A DNA stretch of 62,802 nt from Hydrolagus affinis (Eukaryota), in assembly GCA_012026655.1 (NCBI GenBank), contig JAAILG010001708.1, positions 1 through 62,802 on the forward strand, read 5' to 3'. This document shows positions 13,346 through 24,045 of this stretch, one piece after another; within the stretch, counting starts at the first letter, position 1; each line of letters starts with the position of its first letter. The position numbers and the translations under genes were made by a program. The notes under the pieces were generated by a model. It was not told the DNA's origin and did no database searches. It saw only the letters and a program-made list of their open reading frames with translations.

Positions 13346-13650
13346 AGGTCAGGGCGAAACCTTGGGCAAGTTTCCTTACTACACACACATACACACACAC
13401 GCGCCTATTAGTAATCCGTCGCCCAAAAAAACACAATAATGAAAATCGGTCATTTTCAATCCACGACGGTTTGTGTGGAACACTGCTGTATGCAATTGGC
13501 TGCCGCGTTTTGCCCACAAATATATATAGTCAATTCATTTTACAGTATATTCTGTGAAGCGCTTTGAGACGTCGATAAGATGTGAAAAGCGCTATGTCAA
13601 ATGCAAGGATTATTATTATTGTTATTGTTATTATTATTATTATTATTATA
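13287..13650 (+). mobile_element. 5'-truncated young SINE with an internal duplication and (CA)n expansions
   Basis: ttgggcaagtttccttact occurs at 13287-13305 and 13362-13380, each followed by a CA tract; long (ATT)n tail. Confidence 0.9.
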
Positions 13651-15739
13651 ATGCACAGGACGTGCATACATTTTCGGGTGTTCCTTTTTAAACACAGTCA
13701 GGAACGCTCCTGTACACACTACATACATGTGCGTAGCTCGTGTTCTCCTGACAATCATGGCTGGAACCCCCAGTGTGAATATTTTCACATTCAAAATACC
13801 CCCACCCAGCACCCACCCCGCCCCCCAACCCACCCCACAAAAAAAAATAATCTCAACACAAACCATGCTAACTATCTGGTCAATTTCACCTGATGTGGAC
13901 AGAAAATTGCTGGAGCTCCATGGCTGAAGCCCCTGTTCTATGCCACCTCTCTATGCCACTATACTACACGAGGAAAGCATTATCCTACTATCACTTCATT
14001 CCATTAGACTTGTGTCAAAATAAAATCCCACATCAAGGGAATGCTTTCATTTCTTTCCTAAGATGACATTTGCTCTTTGTTTCACTTAAATAAACTCCTC
14101 AATCTAATGTGAAAACCCCTTGTATTTTTTGGCTGTGATTGCTCGCATTCAGCGGCAGTCACGACAGTTGGCAGGTTTTTACTAGCGGAATACTTAAGAG
14201 GAGATATTTTCGCTGTGATGTTGTTCTTTTTTCCCTACATTTTTTTATTTAAAAAGACATCAGTGAAGGAGATGAAAAAGATATTAAATGGGATGGAAAA
14301 AATTCAACCTGGAATAAATTACATTACTTTCAGACAAGGCAACAACCAAATTAATTCAATGGAGCTGTGTTTTATTTGAAAGGAGATTTTCGATCGACCA
14401 TATGGAGTCAGGTCCCACTCCTGATAGCGGCTATAGCCTCGGGAGCAGGTGGCTGCTTAATCCATGCGCAGGTCCGAGGTAATTGTTCTCTGAGAATAAA
14501 ATGCTTCACTCAAACAGGTGGTTGTGGAATCAAGGTGAAGGGAAGGGCAGGATTCACTGGGATTTATTAAGTGGAGGCTGAACAAGCCACAAAGAGAAGC
14601 AACGCTGCAACTCTAACCTCTTTGTGAAAACAGATCTAGATTTTTTGCAGTTTCCAAACACCTACCACCACCCTCCGTACTTCCACCCCCACCGCACCAC
14701 CCCCCCACCACCTCTATTTCAAGGACTGAAATAGAGAGCTATTTTTCTTGCTGCCTCTGTGTTATGTATATGTTTCATCTGATACTTTCCACACACTGTA
14801 AATATGTTTGAATAATTGTAATTGTTCTGAAACATACGATATTCACAACTGGTGTGTCATGCATGGTTAGAAGCTAAAAACAGCTCCCAGTTCAAAACAA
14901 TAGAATTTGCATTTATACAGGGAATGCCTTTCACATTGGGAAGTCAACTGATACTGTGTCACATTGCTGGTTTGGATACCAATGCTAGGAGCTGAGGGGA
15001 AGGGTGGGAGGGATGGGGGGTGGGGGTGGGTGGGTGTGAGACAAAGGGTTCAGGAACAGTTGAATAGACAGACCTTCATAGGCCTGGTTGCGAAATGCCA
15101 ATCGCAGCCTGTACAATGAGGTGAAAGGAATTAAAATTAAGCCAGTATTTGGTGAAGCAATGTTGAAGTGCCATTGTCACGGATGTCCACGATTCACACG
15201 CACTAAAAATAAACCCGGCATTAATACCGAATCTTCAGGGCATAAAGGGAACAACCATTGCACTGAAGTCGAGGGGCAGCTCTCAAACTGTGGTTGAGAA
15301 CAGATTTTAAAGATGCCATTTAATTGTATTTTGGCTCAAATGATTTTGAGCTCCTAGCCTATCCTGACAGTACATTACACGTGTAACAGTTGGGTTGAGT
15401 TTGGGAGATTTGTAAATAGCAAATTTTGTAGAATACCCAGTCGCGTCTTGCTGAGTCCCCGATATCAGTTTTGACTCCGGCAAAGTCTGGGATTGGGACT
15501 GAAGGAGATTCCTGGAAGAGAATTGCATCCGAGTGAAGTTCCACAAGATTGGTCTGAGACACGTCCAACATACATGCAGGTTCTGCTGTTTAACAAATCC
15601 CTTTGCGGATACAGCATGACAAGTTTGATCCCAAAGTTGCTATGCTGCCTTCCACAAGCCGTAGGTAAAGTAAAGCTAAACTCTCATGCCCAGCACTCTC
15701 TCCATAGCAGGAATCTGGTTAATGTTCTTCATTCTCTCC

Positions 15740-16375
15740 TTCTCTTTGATATCTGCATGCTCCTGCTCCACAGTGTCCTCCACGGGTGTGGGGTTACCTT
15801 CCATATCTGTACTAATGACACCCAATTCTACATCTCCGCCTCGACCCTCAATTCCAGAACTATGACGCTGATCTAACCAATGACTTGTTGGACACCAATC
15901 CTGAATGAAAGCTAACTTGCTCCAGTTGAATGTCGACAAGATAGATGCTCTCCTGCTTTGCTCCATCAGTACTTTCTCACCTCAGGTGCTGACAGTATTA
16001 ATCTACATGGAAGTAAACTCTAGCTCACCAAGGCAGTAAGAAACCTCAATGTCTCCGTGTCCACGCTCTGATCCTTTCAGCTATCCCCTACCCCCTGTCA
16101 CATTGCCCGCCTCCGTGCTATCTCTCCCCTCGGGCTGCCAAGACCCTTATCCATGCATCTACGCCAGACTATGGCAAAGTTCTGCTCCCCTTGACTTCAT
16201 AATTCTTCAATTCTTCTCTCCACAAGCTGTAGGCCATCCAGGACTCTGCTGTTTGTGTTCTCTCCCCCACTTGGTTTCACACAGGTCAGTCACACCCATC
16301 CTCACCTGCCTCCAATGGCTCCTTATCCTCCAGAGGATTGGGTTCCAGACCCTTATCCCTCATGCCCTTACACCA
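15740..16375 (+). mobile_element. Decayed L2-clade LINE RT fragment
   Basis: ...GVTFHICTNDTQFY (degenerate YADDTQ motif), then LQLNVDK and PILTCLQWL...QRIGF. Confidence 0.75.
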
Positions 16376-17249
16376 CCTTGTGACCGTGGCTTAAATGTTG
16401 CGTATATGTGGAACTTGTGGAAGTCTGGTTTGGATACCCTTAACCATGGTTTCTGCATGTAACAGACACCCCACTGACCAAGGAAATAAATGTTTTTTGC
16501 TCTGTGAGATGTGTGAGCCACACACTTAATTTTCTAGCTATGGGGCCCAGTAAACATCCAATTTGGCTTCATTTCCTGACCGATTACACCACAGTGTATA
16601 TTTGAAAACTTATCCGCTGTGCAAATCACACAGCCCAACCGAAAGCAGCTCTCTTCCCCTTCAAGAGGAAATAACTTCACAGTGGGGGGGGGGCACATAG
16701 GACCAGCACTTGATAAAAGTTCCCAGTCGAACAAGTCCTACAGTGAGAGTGCAGTGAAAATGATCAAATTGACCGTGCGTACCTCATAAATCAGAACAGC
16801 CTCTCTTTTTAACACCCGAGGAGCCAGTCTTCCATCTCATGCTTATACTAAGGTAAACAAAGAAATCTGACACCTCTAGATCACCGCAATCCCTCGAGTG
16901 CTTCTCTCTGCCCGCTTGAAAAGACTGCCCACCTTATAAAGTCAATTTAGTTTGCATTTACCCCGCCAATCCTTTTATATCGGGGAAAGAATCATTGTTC
17001 AATTGAAGCTTTGCGGCAAGGGAAACATTATTGATCTCTACATCTCACATTGTTCCTTCTGTACGTTTTAAATGGTTGGGGGGAGTGGGGGAACGGTAGC
17101 AGATGTTCAATCACCCTGCCATACATTGCTTTATTTTGTGGGTTGTAATATCTTTGGTGCTGCAGGTGTCTGTATCTTTACTTTGCCATCTCTGTCCTAT
17201 AGTGCAGCCAGCTCACTTCTTACAGCACAGATCTTTATCTTTTAAATAT

Positions 17250-17505
17250 AAATAAAGAAATCACTGGGAACACTCAGCAGGTCAGGCTGCATCTATGGAG
17301 AGAGGAAAAATGAGTTAACAATGACCTTTCGCCAGAATCTTTTGAAGCCAAATTGTCTGAACAAACTGTGGAGTTCAGACGAAAGGTCACAGACATGAAA
17401 CTCCTCTTCCTCTCACCATAGATGCTGCCTGACCTCCTATGCGTTCCTGGTGACTTTTTGTGTTCATACCACATTTCCAGGATCTGGAGTATTTTGCCTT
17501 TTTTT
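17250..17505. mobile_element. Older inverted dimer of a Penelope-type terminal repeat
   Basis: Arms ~17250-17337 (cactcagcaggtcaggctgcatctatggagagagg) and ~17373-17470 (cctctcaccatagatgctgcctgacc) are reverse complements; same family as 45060 and 62408. Confidence 0.75.
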
Positions 17506-17661
17506 TTCTTATCTTTTAATATTTGCTTGGTGGTGGCAGACCAGTCATTGGGGCTTGTTTTGGGATTAATAATCTGAGATTTTGGGTGAATTGTGGTAAC
17601 TGTATTTCACTGTGTGTTAAATACAGCAGCCAATTTTTCGTGCAAAGCAACGTAATAATAC

Positions 17662-17890
17662 ATAATAATAATAAAATCCTTGCATTTGATGTAGCAGCTT
17701 TTTGCATCTTATCGACGTCTCAAAGCCCTTCACAGAATGTACTGTAAAGTGAATTGACTGTATATTTTGTGGGTGAAACTTGTCCCCACAAACAGCCATA
17801 AAATGAAAGGCCGAACTTTCATCTAGACTTGGGACTGTTGGCCGGGATCACTGTGAAAACACTCCTCTCACTTTTCGAATAGTGTTTGGT
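17662..17890 (-). mobile_element. SINE 3' fragment
   Basis: aatccttgcatttgat...cttcacagaatgtactgtaaagtgaattgactg. Confidence 0.8.
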
Positions 17891-18480
17891 GCAAAACTAC
17901 TGAACTATAAATCGAGCCGGCCAAATGGCTTTCAACTTGGGCCATTTCAGGCACAATCATCGACTAAAAGTAGCTCCCTAAATCTATTGTAGCTCCCTAA
18001 CCTTTCTTCTGATCCTCTAGTTGACGTCAGCTAATTATTTCTCACTTGGCACCTCATTCTCCTCTCTTCCTCCGCAGAGTCATTTTCACAGGATCTGGGG
18101 GATCAGAGTTATCTGAGGTGTCCGTCTCCACCGCTCGCCACTGACTTGCTCAAACCATCTGGACGTATTTACTCAAACTCGTGTTTCCAATGGCCCCCAA
18201 CAGCCATAAAGGTCTCCCCATATGAACCTGTCAATCAGCGAGGCAGGCTTAAAGGCCCCAGGTGACAGGGCCGGGAGACACACTCGCACTTGTGCAGTGT
18301 CACCAAGGTCTTCAGGCTAATTATAGTCCAAATGCCTGACAGGGAAAAATTATAGGGGAAAGGACAGCTGCATAAGCCTGGGGAGCAGGTCTTATTTCTT
18401 GTAAATCCTCTGTCCATCATATTCTCTCCCACCCCCCCCGCCCACCACTCCCCCCACGCACAACCCGTCTACTTTAACCC

Positions 18481-18580
18481 NNNNNNNNNNNNNNNNNNNN
18501 NNNNNNNNNNNNNNNNNNNNNNNNNNNNNNNNNNNNNNNNNNNNNNNNNNNNNNNNNNNNNNNNNNNNNNNNNNNNNNNN
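18481..18580. other. Assembly gap (100 N)
   Basis: Run of exactly 100 n; the true gap length is unknown. Confidence 1.
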
Positions 18581-18960
18581 AGCATGTGTTTATTCCATTT
18601 TTGACATTGCCTTCAATAAAGCTGTAGCTGTGGTAGTTAATCTCCTCCTCCACTCCACACACAGACACCCCCACCGCTCTCTTACAGACATGCCCACAGT
18701 TATTAGCAAATTTTGGCAAAAGGGATATCTGTGAAAAAAAAAGAAGGGAGCAACTACACTACAGTGCTCTGTCATCATTACAACAACAACAACAACTTTG
18801 ATTTATATCGTGCCCTCCACGCCGGACGGCGTCTCAGAGCGCATAAACCTTGCTCAGTTAGTAGCTCTTTCAACACTGAATCAGAAAGCAGCGCGTTCAA
18901 GCAATGCATTTGGGTCTTTGAACTCACCTAGTCTACAGTGACATTTCCACACAGTGCTGG

Positions 18961-19016
18961 AGGGGGTGGCGGGGGGCGGGGGTGGGGGGGGTGGGGGGAG
19001 TTGGGGGTGGGGGGGT
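18961..19016 (+). repeat. G-tract cluster (potential G-quadruplex)
   Basis: Seven G-runs of 5 or more bases with short loops. Confidence 0.6.
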
Positions 19017-19019
19017 ACA

Positions 19020-19260
19020 TTGCATTGATAGAAGTGCTGTCAATTGATGTTAAACTGAGATCATGTCTACCTGTTTAGGTAGATGTTAAAGGTCGAAACA
19101 GCTCCATTGAAAAAGAGAAGGAAGTTTCTTCCAGTGTCTAGGCCAACAATTCTCTAAAATAAGATAAAATTCGACCATTGACCAGGGCTGTTTGTCGGAT
19201 ATTGCTGAGCGCAAATCAGCTGCTGCATTCGCCTACAAAATACATAGTCACTAAATTTTA
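19020..19260 (+). mobile_element. Old Deu-domain-type SINE fragment
   Basis: gatgttaaactgagatcatgtctacctgtttaggtagatgttaaagg...gctgtttgtcggatattgctgagcgcaaatcagctgc. Confidence 0.65.
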
Positions 19261-19796
19261 CATGACATCATGTCATATGGTTGGAGGCTTACTCCCTGAG
19301 GCACTTCCATTTCCCTACATGAAAGTTGCTGTAGTATTATTATTATTTTATGATTATTATTATTATTAGCATTGCCTTTTAGTATAATAATAACAGGGTC
19401 TAATCTGAAATGATTTGTGCCTTACAACACTATGTTGTGGGTCCTTTGCAGCACATCGCTCCAAGCCTTTAGCTTGTTTCCTCTCTCACCCCCCACCACC
19501 CCCACCCATATCCCTCGTCCAGTTTTCTCCGCTCTTTTGAAGTCACTGAAGCTGTATTCCATGTGTACCAGGCGCCCTCCGGTGAATCCAGACAGCGAGT
19601 GTCTTAGCCTAAAAACAAATTGTGTTAAAATTCATGATTGTGGATTACTCGGGGGGTGGGGTGGGGGGGTGAAATAATACGGAAACGGGTTTGGCACAGC
19701 TTCAAGAAGCTTCAAATGTTAATGGCCACTGTCCTGGAGAATAATAGTACTGTATGAGAAATTCTGGGCCTTACTGTCATTGGCCAACATCCAGAC

Positions 19797-19847
19797 GCAC
19801 ACGTACATACATATGCACACGTACATACATATGCACACACACGTACA
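19797..19847. repeat. 18-bp tandem repeat (gcacacgtacatacatat) x2 plus a partial copy
   Basis: Direct reading. Confidence 0.85.
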
Positions 19848-19849
19848 AA

Positions 19850-20080
19850 CACTCACTTACTTTCAGCAGAGGTCACTAGTTTGTAACCGGGAGAAAGACG
19901 CAAACTGGCTCATTTTTTTCCCAACCCTCTCTCCAAACGCTGGTGTCATACTGAGGTACAAATGTCACCGAGGCTGAGGTCAGGTAACTGGGTATATGCC
20001 ATGGATCAGACCTGTGACCTTCTTGGCCTGTTTAGCTCAGTTTTGCACAAAGGTCAGTTGGCTTTGCGGGAGGAGCCTTT
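19850..20080 (-). mobile_element. Ancient SINE-like repeat (third family)
   Basis: Reverse strand ctgagctaaacaggccaagaaggtcacaggtctgatcc...gttacctgacctcagc...agtgacctctgctg shares blocks with 47240-47520. Confidence 0.45.
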
Positions 20081-20627
20081 CACTGAAGTTGGCAAGTGTT
20101 TTAAAAGTATCATTCTACCCATAATTATGGTCAAGTCGACAGTCAGACAAATCGTGCTTTTAGAAAACGCTACAGATTAAGAGTTGCTTTTTTTTTTACC
20201 GTTTCACCGCAGTTCTGAGTGATGTTTCGTCATCTTCATTATATAGAAAATAATTTCCACCCAAACCCAAAACGCCCAGATTTTATGTCCGTTCCCTGAT
20301 GAGGCTGAGTACTCGAGAGGAAAGTCCCTGTTCACACTCAATTAAATGAGTCCACCGACTCAGTGCTCCTCACCACAGTTAAACACACCAATGATTCTCA
20401 CAGAGAAAATAAATGACTGAGTGAAATATTGCTTGGATTTTCAGGTACGTTGAAAGAAAAACATGTTGGAAATTTTTGTCCAGCAGCTTCAGCAGTAGAT
20501 TTTACAAGTGTTCAATGCTGTAAATACCTAACTACCCCGAATGCAAGCCGTTTAATCATTGTGAGAAGTGGGGCTATAACCCTTTGAGGTCCATGCTGAT
20601 TCCTGCCTGTCCACCAGGCTTCACATT

Positions 20628-20938
20628 AGTAATAATATTAATAATAATAATCCTTACGTTTGATATAGCGTCTTCTCATGTCTTCTAGACGTGCCTCACA
20701 GAATACACTCTTAAGTGAATTGACTGTTATATATGTAGGCGAAACACAGCAGCCAATTGTGCGCAGCAGTGTCTTACAAACAATAGTGGATTGAAATGAT
20801 TGAATTCTTCTTCTTTTTGAGGGATTATTATCAGGTGTGTGGATTAAGGAAACTTTCCCAATGTTTTGCCCTGCCTGGAATCAAACCCAGGTCTCTCGCT
20901 TGTAGGGCGAATGCTCTAACCCACTGTGCTACAAGACT
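20628..20938 (-). mobile_element. Full-length young SINE
   Basis: Head, body and (AAT)n tail all present. Confidence 0.88.
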
Positions 20939-21582
20939 GAAACAATTAGAGGAGGGCTGCGTGATCTGTAATTTGCACACAAGTGGATGAAACAGTTAGG
21001 ATCGTTAGAAATCGTGCAGTGGACACCTTGAAACACCTTCTGAAACAGTGGTGTTATGTATCTTCAATGCAGTTTTTAGTAGAAAAGGAGAATCCACTAT
21101 TCCAATACTATCTCAATGGGATGAAAAAAAAATGTAATTTGCCATTCTGGACCATGGTATTATCGAGGATTGGCACAGTGTTCAAGCATAGTTCTCTCAA
21201 GCATATGCAAGCTACCATCACGTTGTGGGAAGAAGTGAGGAATGGTATTTTGGAAGGAGCAGATCAAGTGGTTCGAAAAACCTTCTTCATCTGACAGTCT
21301 CTTGAGATCTTGTAAAACACGAGCCAGGATTCCTGATCCCAATCACTATGTCAAAACCATTGCTAGATAGAGTTAGGTGAGGATATAGGCTTAGGTTCAC
21401 AGTTATCAAGATGGTGGAGTGCAACATCCTTGTTTGAAAAGCTTGCTGACACTCTCTGTCTGACCTTCAACGTGAAGAGTAACTATTTGGGTGCCAAAGG
21501 TATTGGAAGTCTGCCAAAGTCTTTGGAATCATATCCACTGTGAGACAGAGTTTTCAGATGAACAGGAAAAGGGCCAAAATTG

Positions 21583-21800
21583 TAATAAGAATAATAATCC
21601 TTGCATTTGATATAACGGCTTTTCAACGTCTTTCAACGACATCTCAAAGCGCTTCACAGAATGTACTGTAAAGTGAATTGACTGTATATTTGTGGGCGAA
21701 ACGCGGCAGCCAATTGCGCACAGCAGCGTCCCCCACAAACAGTCGTGCATTGAAAATGACATTTTTATTATTGTGGTTGTTTTGGAGGGATTGTTATGGT
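21583..21800 (-). mobile_element. 5'-truncated young SINE
   Basis: Near-consensus 3' 220 bp. Confidence 0.9.
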
Positions 21801-22109
21801 GGGGGTGGCTCCTAATGCTGTTCTGTTGTTAATTTACACATAATGTTCAATTGGTTGTTGTTGTTGTTCTTGGGTAGGGTTTCCTTCCACCTACCAGCAC
21901 GTAGTCACTATTCACAAGTAATAAACACTGCTGCGTTCTCTCCTGCTCTCCTGACCTCCTGCTTTCTTCAAGGGAAAGATTCACCAGAACCATAAATCCA
22001 CCTGCCCTTTTAGTGACAGCGATCCATTGGATATTCGGCTCAGGTGAGGATCAGGAACATCTAAAACGTCCTTCAGTATCTCAACAGTATTCGCTCAGCA
22101 AACGAGTGG

Positions 22110-22395
22110 AATTTCAGTTGGTGGCCCTCTCATGTCTGGGTCAAAAGACTACGGTTTCAATCTCAAATTGGAATTTGACCTCATAATCTAGGATGACACT
22201 CCAGTGCTACACTGAGGAGAAACTGCTTCATCAGAGGTGCTGTCTTTTGGATGAATCTTTGCACCACACTTCCTTCTACCTGGTTAGGAGGATATTATCA
22301 TCAAATAAGAAATGGGAATTTCTCCCAGCCTCCTAGCTAATAACTTGCCAGATTTAATCATTCATCTCAAGGATGTTAATGGGTTTAAGGCTGTT
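22110..22395 (+). mobile_element. Old Deu-domain-type SINE
   Basis: cataatctaggatgacactccagtgctacactgagg...gaggtgctgtcttttggatga. Confidence 0.7.
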
Positions 22396-22399
22396 ATAA

Positions 22400-22720
22400 A
22401 AATAATAATAATCCTTGCATTTGATATAGCACTTTTCATGTCTTGTAGGCATCTCAAAGCGCTTCACAGAATATACCGTAAAGTAAATTGTCTGTATATT
22501 TGTGGGCCAAAATGAGGCAGCCAATTGCGCACAGCAGCGTCCCCCACAAACAGTCGTGGATTGAAATGACCAATTTTATTATTATTTTTTCTTTGGAGGT
22601 ATTATTATTAAACGTGTGGAGTAAGGAAACTTGCCCAAGGTTTCGCCCTGACCTTCCTGGATTCGAAACACAGGTCTCACACTTGTAAGGCGAGTGCTCT
22701 AACCCACTGAGCTGCAGGAC
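22400..22720 (-). mobile_element. Full-length young SINE
   Basis: Reverse head gtcctgcagctcagtgggttagagcactcgcc...gttcgaatcc-like B box; (AAT)n tail. Confidence 0.92.
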
Positions 22721-23394
22721 ATGTTACTGAAGCTGCAGAATAGACTAGAATTGAAGGCTCAGTTATCCCACCTGACCTCAGCTTTGCCATCTTCTCTCCA
22801 CAATGGTTGTGATTGGGAATTCAGGAAATAGGGTGAGAGGGTCATGAGAACTATATTCCTTGGCTATTCTGTGACAACACAGATGAGCTCCCCAAAGCAC
22901 ACTCCCCAAAGTGCCTGTTTTCTAGGCACTTGAATCCTGCTCCAGCCTGGGGGATATGTTGAACTTAGACTTGTACAAGTCTAGACTTGTACATAAAAAC
23001 TATCAATGAACTTCCACAATCTAATGTCGGGAAATTTGATTCAATTGGAGTTAGCCAATTTATGGATGGATTTCCATACTGCCTCCCGATAGAATCCCAA
23101 TTGCCTGTAACAATATCATCCAAGTGAGTGAAGCATGAATGCAAATAAATGGAGGCCCTGGGTCTTAGCTGGACAACCTTTGAGTTGGGAGTCAAACTCA
23201 CACACAAAACACTTTGCATAAATGACTGTCGGAGAGGCAAAGGTCACAATCCTAAACTCTCTCATCACATCTCGGAGAGAGATTTGAATCTAAAACAGAC
23301 AAACAGGATGTAAGAGGTTGGCTCTCTCTGACAGCTACGGGGAGTCAGAAGTAAGATTAGTTTAGGCAGCTTGAACCCAATTGCCTCCGTCAGA

Positions 23395-23700
23395 CAATAG
23401 ACCGCTTGCCCCTAAGTCGGAGAGTTATGAGTTCAATCCGCACATGTTTTTTTTTAATTCATATAGTCTAGGCTGACATTCTATTGTAGTGCTTGGGTGG
23501 TTGGGGGGGTTCTGTTTTACAGTATTTTGGATTAGAGCATGAGAGTTGGCTTCTCTCTATCTGCTCAGGTTAAAGATCATTTGGCTCTAGTGAAAAAGAG
23601 AAGACCGTTTCTCCCAGTGTTCTCACTAACACTACCTTAGATAAAATTGGTCATTCAATTCTTGTCTATTTACAAGACATGACTGCGCAAATCGGTTGCT
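23395..23700 (+). mobile_element. Old Deu-domain-type SINE
   Basis: taagtcggagagttatgagttcaatcc...tagtctaggctgacattc...ctgctcaggttaaagatc. Confidence 0.6.
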
Positions 23701-23713
23701 GAGTTCTTTATCA

Positions 23714-24045
23714 GAGTCCTGTAGCTCAGTGGTTAGAGCACTCTCCTTACAAATGTGAGACCTCTGTTCAAATCCAGGCAGGTCAGGGGCAAAACCTTGG
23801 GAATGTTTCCTTACTTCACACACCTAATAATAATCCCTCCCCCAAAAAACACGCACAATATTAAAATTGGTTATTTCAATCCACGACTGTTTGTGGGGGA
23901 CGCTATTGTGCGCAATTGGCTGCCGCGTTTCGCCCACAAATATACAGTCAATTCACTTTACACTATATGTTGTATATGTGTTTTGAGACATCTAGAAGAT
24001 GTGAAAAGGATTAATATATCAACTGCAAGGATTATTATTATTATT
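23714..24045 (+). mobile_element. Full-length young SINE
   Basis: gagtcctgtagctcagtggttagagc (A box), gttcaaatcc (B box), (ATT)n tail. Confidence 0.92.

Noticed and set aside
13108-13893. Recurrent ORF peptides such as [17 protein letters not shown] and ARIIIII
   Set aside because: These are translations of the SINE body and its (ATT)n tail, not a protein family.
20296-20330. ctgatga...gaaagtc as a hammerhead ribozyme
   Set aside because: No helix II closes at the core (G opposite G), and there is no helix I complementarity.
23714-23785. tRNA gene (also 37112, 46843 and others)
   Set aside because: A and B boxes are present, but each runs into a SINE body and I could not build a full cloverleaf; these are SINE heads.
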